NCBI GenBank assembly: GCA_963765495.1
Contig: CAVXWP010000004.1
Location: 160,001-224,000 of the forward strand
Reading direction: 5' to 3'
Length of the DNA stretch: 64,000 nucleotides
Origin: Blastocatellia bacterium
GTDB lineage: Bacteria; Acidobacteriota; Blastocatellia; UBA7656
The position numbers were made by a program, and so were the translations under genes. A model generated the notes under the pieces. That model had not been told where the DNA came from. It did not search any database and worked only from the letters and a program-made list of their open reading frames with translations. Below, piece by piece: positions 60,251 to 64,000 of the stretch. Positions within the stretch are counted from its first letter, which is position 1. Each line of letters opens with the position of its first letter.

Positions 60251-60302
60251 AGTCCGTCCCCCTGGCTCTCAAATACAAGCCTCCTAATTTGAATTATCTT
60301 GA

Positions 60303-60318
60303 AGCAATCCTGACGCCA
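60303..60318 (-). promoter_or_regulatory. Sigma54 (-24/-12) promoter of the pilin gene
   Basis: TGGCGTCAGGATTGCT: GG-N10-GC with TTGC. Confidence 0.75.
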
Positions 60319-60424
60319 TAATTGATTTTAGTCGGTCGGCGCGCTCAATTTACCGTATCCGGCATTTGTGATCCCCTTTCGGGGAAGACGTATCTCGGCA
60401 TGAGAGAGATAGTGGCCGGATGTT

Positions 60425-60527
60425 GTTGTAGGCTTTTGTTACAACATTTGTCATAGAAGTTAGACCACATAAGACCGACTCTCGTTGTAGGTTTTTGTTA
60501 CAACATTTGTCATAGAAGTTAGACCAC
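60425..60527. repeat. 44-bp direct repeat x2 (1 mismatch), period 59
   Basis: GTTGTAGGYTTTTGTTACAACATTTGTCATAGAAGTTAGACCAC at 60425 and 60484. Confidence 0.9.
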
Positions 60528-60674
60528 TTGTGACAAGAATTGTGACTGGCTCATAAAGCGGGAAGCGACTCTTCACTTAAGTCCTGCTCTAAGAATAAGT
60601 TTTATTTTGAGGGGCTTTACCCGATCTGGTATTAGAAATGCTTTATAATTGAAAATCAAAAACGGAGGTGGAGG

Positions 60675-61247
60675 ATGAAGTGTCCGAAGTGCAGTACTGA
60701 AACTCCTTCGGAGGCACTGTGTTGTCCGGGCTGCAAACTGGTCACCCCGAAAGGCCGGAGTTATAAGAAAAGCAAGGATATAAGGCAACAGGTACAGACG
60801 ACCAGGGCCGAAGCCAGGGAAAAAGCCGACGAAATAAAGGGGCCAAAAAAAATCGGACCCGTAATTATCGGTCTGTCAGTGCTGATGACCGTACTGATAT
60901 GCGGGCTGGGCAGCTACTTCCTACTCACATACTGGGAGACGACTCGGCCGGTCCTCGATAACCACCCACAGCTGGCGCTTGAGAAGATTCGTTTTCAGCC
61001 ATCAAAGCATCAGGGTCTCAATGTTGAAGAATGCCTGAACCAGGAGGTTGAAAGGGCACGCAAAGCAGGCCAGTTGCTCGAAGCCGAAGGATGGGATGTG
61101 CGCCCCATTCAGGGAGCAAGATTCCTGGTCAGTTTTACATATCAATTGAAAGACAAGGCGCAGCAACAGGCCCGGTGGGAAGTCGATATTGCCGAGAACA
61201 CCTTTGCGCCAAAGACCCAACTTGCCACAGCGGTTTATGGAAACTGA
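60675..61247 (+). CDS. Zn-ribbon plus TM hypothetical protein
   Basis: MKCPKC...CPGC, one TM helix; SD GGAGG. Confidence 0.78.
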   Translation: MKCPKCSTETPSEALCCPGCKLVTPKGRSYKKSKDIRQQVQTTRAEAREKADEIKGPKKIGPVIIGLSVLMTVLICGLGSYFLLTYWETTRPVLDNHPQLALEKIRFQPSKHQGLNVEECLNQEVERARKAGQLLEAEGWDVRPIQGARFLVSFTYQLKDKAQQQARWEVDIAENTFAPKTQLATAVYGN

Positions 61248-61415
61248 GTCATTCCACAAGAGATTGCTACAGATGAAAGGGTGTGAAGAGTAGATTTTTT
61301 GACAGTATTTTCAGGGTTAACAAGATTGATAGAAACATCCTGTTAATCCTGTTAACCCTCTCTAAAAAGCCCTGGTTTATGCTCGTCTCGATCCCGTTTT
61401 ACAACCCACCAATAC

Positions 61416-61445
61416 TTGCCCTTCCTCTCTACGGTGTGCTATAAC
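61416..61445 (+). promoter_or_regulatory. Sigma70-type promoter for hppA
   Basis: TTGCCC-18 bp-TATAAC with TG extension. Confidence 0.55.
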
Positions 61446-61568
61446 GCTTTCTTTGCCGTGACCAGGTATAGCTTTTCTATGCCAGTGGAGATCACCGGAA
61501 CGCTTTACTCCCACCGTGGCTTTAGCCCTGGTCCATAATTTTTTTTAGGATTTGGAATACCCTGAATT

Positions 61569-63635
61569 ATGGAACAATTATTTAGTAACCCACTAACTGC
61601 CTCTGTCCTCGGACTGCTCGGACTCGGCTTCGCCGGCCTGACCTACATGGAAGTGGTCAAGCGACCTTCCGGCAACAGTCTCATGGTAGAGATTTCAAAC
61701 ACCATCCACGACGGCGCGATGGTCTTCCTCAAACGGGAGTACACGATACTTGCGGTCTTCATCGTCGTCGTAGCCCTGCTGATAGCCTTCTTTCTTCCTT
61801 ACGGCCCGCAAACGGCCGGAGCCTTTGTCGGTGGAGCCCTGTTCTCGATTCTGGCGGGCTTTTTTGGAATGAAGGCCGCAACTCGCGCCAACGTCCGAAC
61901 CGCGGAAGCGGCAAGATCAACCGGTCAGGCCGACGCATTATTTGTGGCGTTCGCGGGCGGATCGGTAATGGGGATGGCCGTGGCCAGCCTCGGATTGTTC
62001 GGCATAGCCGGAATCGCTTATCTCTACCTCTTCACTTTTCAACTCAAACCGGAAACGGGCTTCAACATGGAAAGCGCGGCGGCGGCAGTGCTCTCAGGAT
62101 TCGCCATGGGAGCAAGCTCCATCGCGCTGTTTGCACGCGTGGGCGGCGGCATCTATACAAAGACCGCCGATGTGGGCGCAGACCTTGTGGGTAAGGTCGA
62201 AGCTGGCATCCCCGAAGACGACCCGCGCAACCCGGCTACAATCGCCGATAACGTGGGCGACAACGTAGGCGACGTGGCAGGCATGGGAGCCGACCTCTTC
62301 GAGTCGTATGTCGGGTCGATTGTGGCGGCAATGGCAATCGCCGCAACTTCCTACACATACACGCCCAGTCTGGGCTGGATGATGCTGCCCTTGATGGTCG
62401 CCGCTCTCGGGACAGTAGCCTCACTCATAGGGATTTTATCGGTTCGCGCAATGAAGAAGCTGGACCCGGCTGCGGTCTTGCGTTACTCGACATACATCGC
62501 GACGGTGCTAATGCTTGCCGGAACGGCGTTGCTTGTGATCACGCTCGATCTGAAGGCGACCGGATATTCCAAGTGGGGTCCGTTCTGGGCCGTGGTTGCG
62601 GGCGCGGTCGCCGGTATAGTGATCGGCGGAGTCACCGAGTATTACACCTCCGGCCCACCCATCAAAAAGATCGCTCGCGCATCGGAAACCGGCCCGGCTA
62701 CCAACATTATTACCGGCATGGCTACGGGGATGAATTCGGTGGCGATACCAGTGGTTATCATCTGCGTGGCGGTGCTCGTTTCGTTTCAGGTAATAGGCTT
62801 ATTCGGCATAGCTCTTGCGGGCGTGGGCATGCTCGCGACTACCGGAATCATCATGGCCGTAGACGCATATGGCCCGATAGCCGACAACGCGGGCGGCATC
62901 AGTGAGATGAGCGGGCTTGGCCCGGAAACACGCAAAATCACAGACGGGCTCGATTCGCTAGGCAATACCACGGCGGCTATGGGTAAAGGCTTTGCAATCG
63001 GTTCTGCCGCCCTTACGGCGCTTGCGCTCTTTTCGGCTTATCAGGAAAAAGCCGGTCTTTCTCGAAGCGGCATAAACCTGACCGAACCTCACGTAATCGT
63101 AGGATTGCTCATAGGCGGAGCGGTCGTCTTTCTGATCGCCGCGCTTACGATGGCCTCGGTCGGGCGTGCGGCAAACAAGATGGTCGAAGAGGTGCGCCGA
63201 CAATTCCGCGAGATACCCGGTCTGATGGAAGGCAAGGCCAAGGCCGATACGGCAAGGTGTATATCAATCTCTACCACGGCGGCGCTGCGCGAGATGATAG
63301 CGCCGGGATTGATTGCGGTCCTGCTTCCGCCGGTTGTCGGTTTCACGCTCGGCAAGGCGGCCCTCGGCGGCATGCTCGCGGGCGCTACGCTTGCGGGCGT
63401 GATGATGGCATTGATGATGGCAAACGCGGGCGGCGCGTGGGACAACGCCAAGAAATATATCGAAGGCGGAAACCTGGGCGGGAAACAATCGCCCGCTCAC
63501 AAAGCGGCCGTGGTAGGCGATACGGTCGGGGACCCCTTTAAGGACACATCCGGCCCGGCAATGAATATTCTGATCAAGCTGATGTCTATTGTATCGCTCG
63601 TCATCGCGCCTCTGCTCGGCGACGGGTTGTTTTAG
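61569..63635 (+). CDS. hppA: Membrane-bound K+-stimulated, probably Na+-translocating pyrophosphatase
   Basis: [50 protein letters not shown]. Confidence 0.95.
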   Translation: MEQLFSNPLTASVLGLLGLGFAGLTYMEVVKRPSGNSLMVEISNTIHDGAMVFLKREYTILAVFIVVVALLIAFFLPYGPQTAGAFVGGALFSILAGFFGMKAATRANVRTAEAARSTGQADALFVAFAGGSVMGMAVASLGLFGIAGIAYLYLFTFQLKPETGFNMESAAAAVLSGFAMGASSIALFARVGGGIYTKTADVGADLVGKVEAGIPEDDPRNPATIADNVGDNVGDVAGMGADLFESYVGSIVAAMAIAATSYTYTPSLGWMMLPLMVAALGTVASLIGILSVRAMKKLDPAAVLRYSTYIATVLMLAGTALLVITLDLKATGYSKWGPFWAVVAGAVAGIVIGGVTEYYTSGPPIKKIARASETGPATNIITGMATGMNSVAIPVVIICVAVLVSFQVIGLFGIALAGVGMLATTGIIMAVDAYGPIADNAGGISEMSGLGPETRKITDGLDSLGNTTAAMGKGFAIGSAALTALALFSAYQEKAGLSRSGINLTEPHVIVGLLIGGAVVFLIAALTMASVGRAANKMVEEVRRQFREIPGLMEGKAKADTARCISISTTAALREMIAPGLIAVLLPPVVGFTLGKAALGGMLAGATLAGVMMALMMANAGGAWDNAKKYIEGGNLGGKQSPAHKAAVVGDTVGDPFKDTSGPAMNILIKLMSIVSLVIAPLLGDGLF

Positions 63636-63825
63636 CTTTCCCAAAAGAAATCAGGGAAATGGGAGCAGGCCGCATCCGTGGTCTATTCCCATTTCCTTTA
63701 CCTTCAGGATCATTTCCACTAATATCAAGCGGGCCGATTTTCCACTTCAAGACTCGCTTCTCTTCCGCCCAATTGCTTATACTTGTGCATTATTGGTATA
63801 TTACGCCCATTGAAGGAGAATTACC

Positions 63826-64000
63826 GTGGGTGACGCTGAACACACGCTCAAGCTAAATCTCAATGAGATTATACAGGCCACTGCAAAGCGGCCCGTACTC
63901 GTAATGCTTCAGGGCCATTCTATCGGCTTGACCATTCAGCTTGATCAGGAAAAGACCGTGATCGGACGGGGATCAATGGCAGATGTCGTGCTCAGAGATG
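63826..64000 (+). CDS. FHA-domain protein, 5' part only
   Basis: GAAGGAG SD, GTG start; ...PVLVMLQG...TVIGRGSMADVVL (FHA GR motif). Confidence 0.7.
   Translation, partial: MGDAEHTLKLNLNEIIQATAKRPVLVMLQGHSIGLTIQLDQEKTVIGRGSMADVVLRD

Noticed and set aside
60425-60527. Possible CRISPR array (repeat starts GTTGTA)
   Set aside because: Only two copies, a 15-nt spacer and no cas genes; it fits a promoter duplication better.

Overview
A mostly housekeeping window, probably from an Acidobacteria (Blastocatellia-like) genome; the taxonomy is inferred from gene content and style only. In order it holds: a partial prkA kinase with a long, highly structured 5' leader; truB; TPR, phosphatase, NAT and oxidoreductase genes; a ribH-nusB-cheA-cheW-cheR-cheB run with no receptor or CheY gene; an acyl-CoA dehydrogenase-meaB-mce-PPIase-MBL-mtnP-pfkB cluster; a Ser/Ser-type dapF; purH; thrC; two multiheme cytochromes; methyltransferases; an O-antigen ligase; and a radical SAM protein. 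A lower-GC accessory stretch (~42.3-49 kb) follows, then dsbD-nosL-mnmA, norQ-like, hom, a sigma54-driven type IV pilin and a Na+-type hppA. Four signals stand out. (1) A hidden exported selenoprotein candidate at 48156-49049 (in-frame TGA in a UxxS thioredoxin motif plus a SECIS-like hairpin), coupled to an unknown gene. (2) A candidate structured ncRNA or riboswitch in the prkA leader. (3) Five copies of a 16-bp Crp-type palindrome, each 21-22 nt from a -10-like box, defining a mini-regulon with a candidate sRNA around a frameshifted crp/fnr gene. (4) Many intergenic repeats: inverted heptamer arrays, ISAs1-like MITEs and REP doublets. No rRNA, tRNA or CRISPR array was seen.
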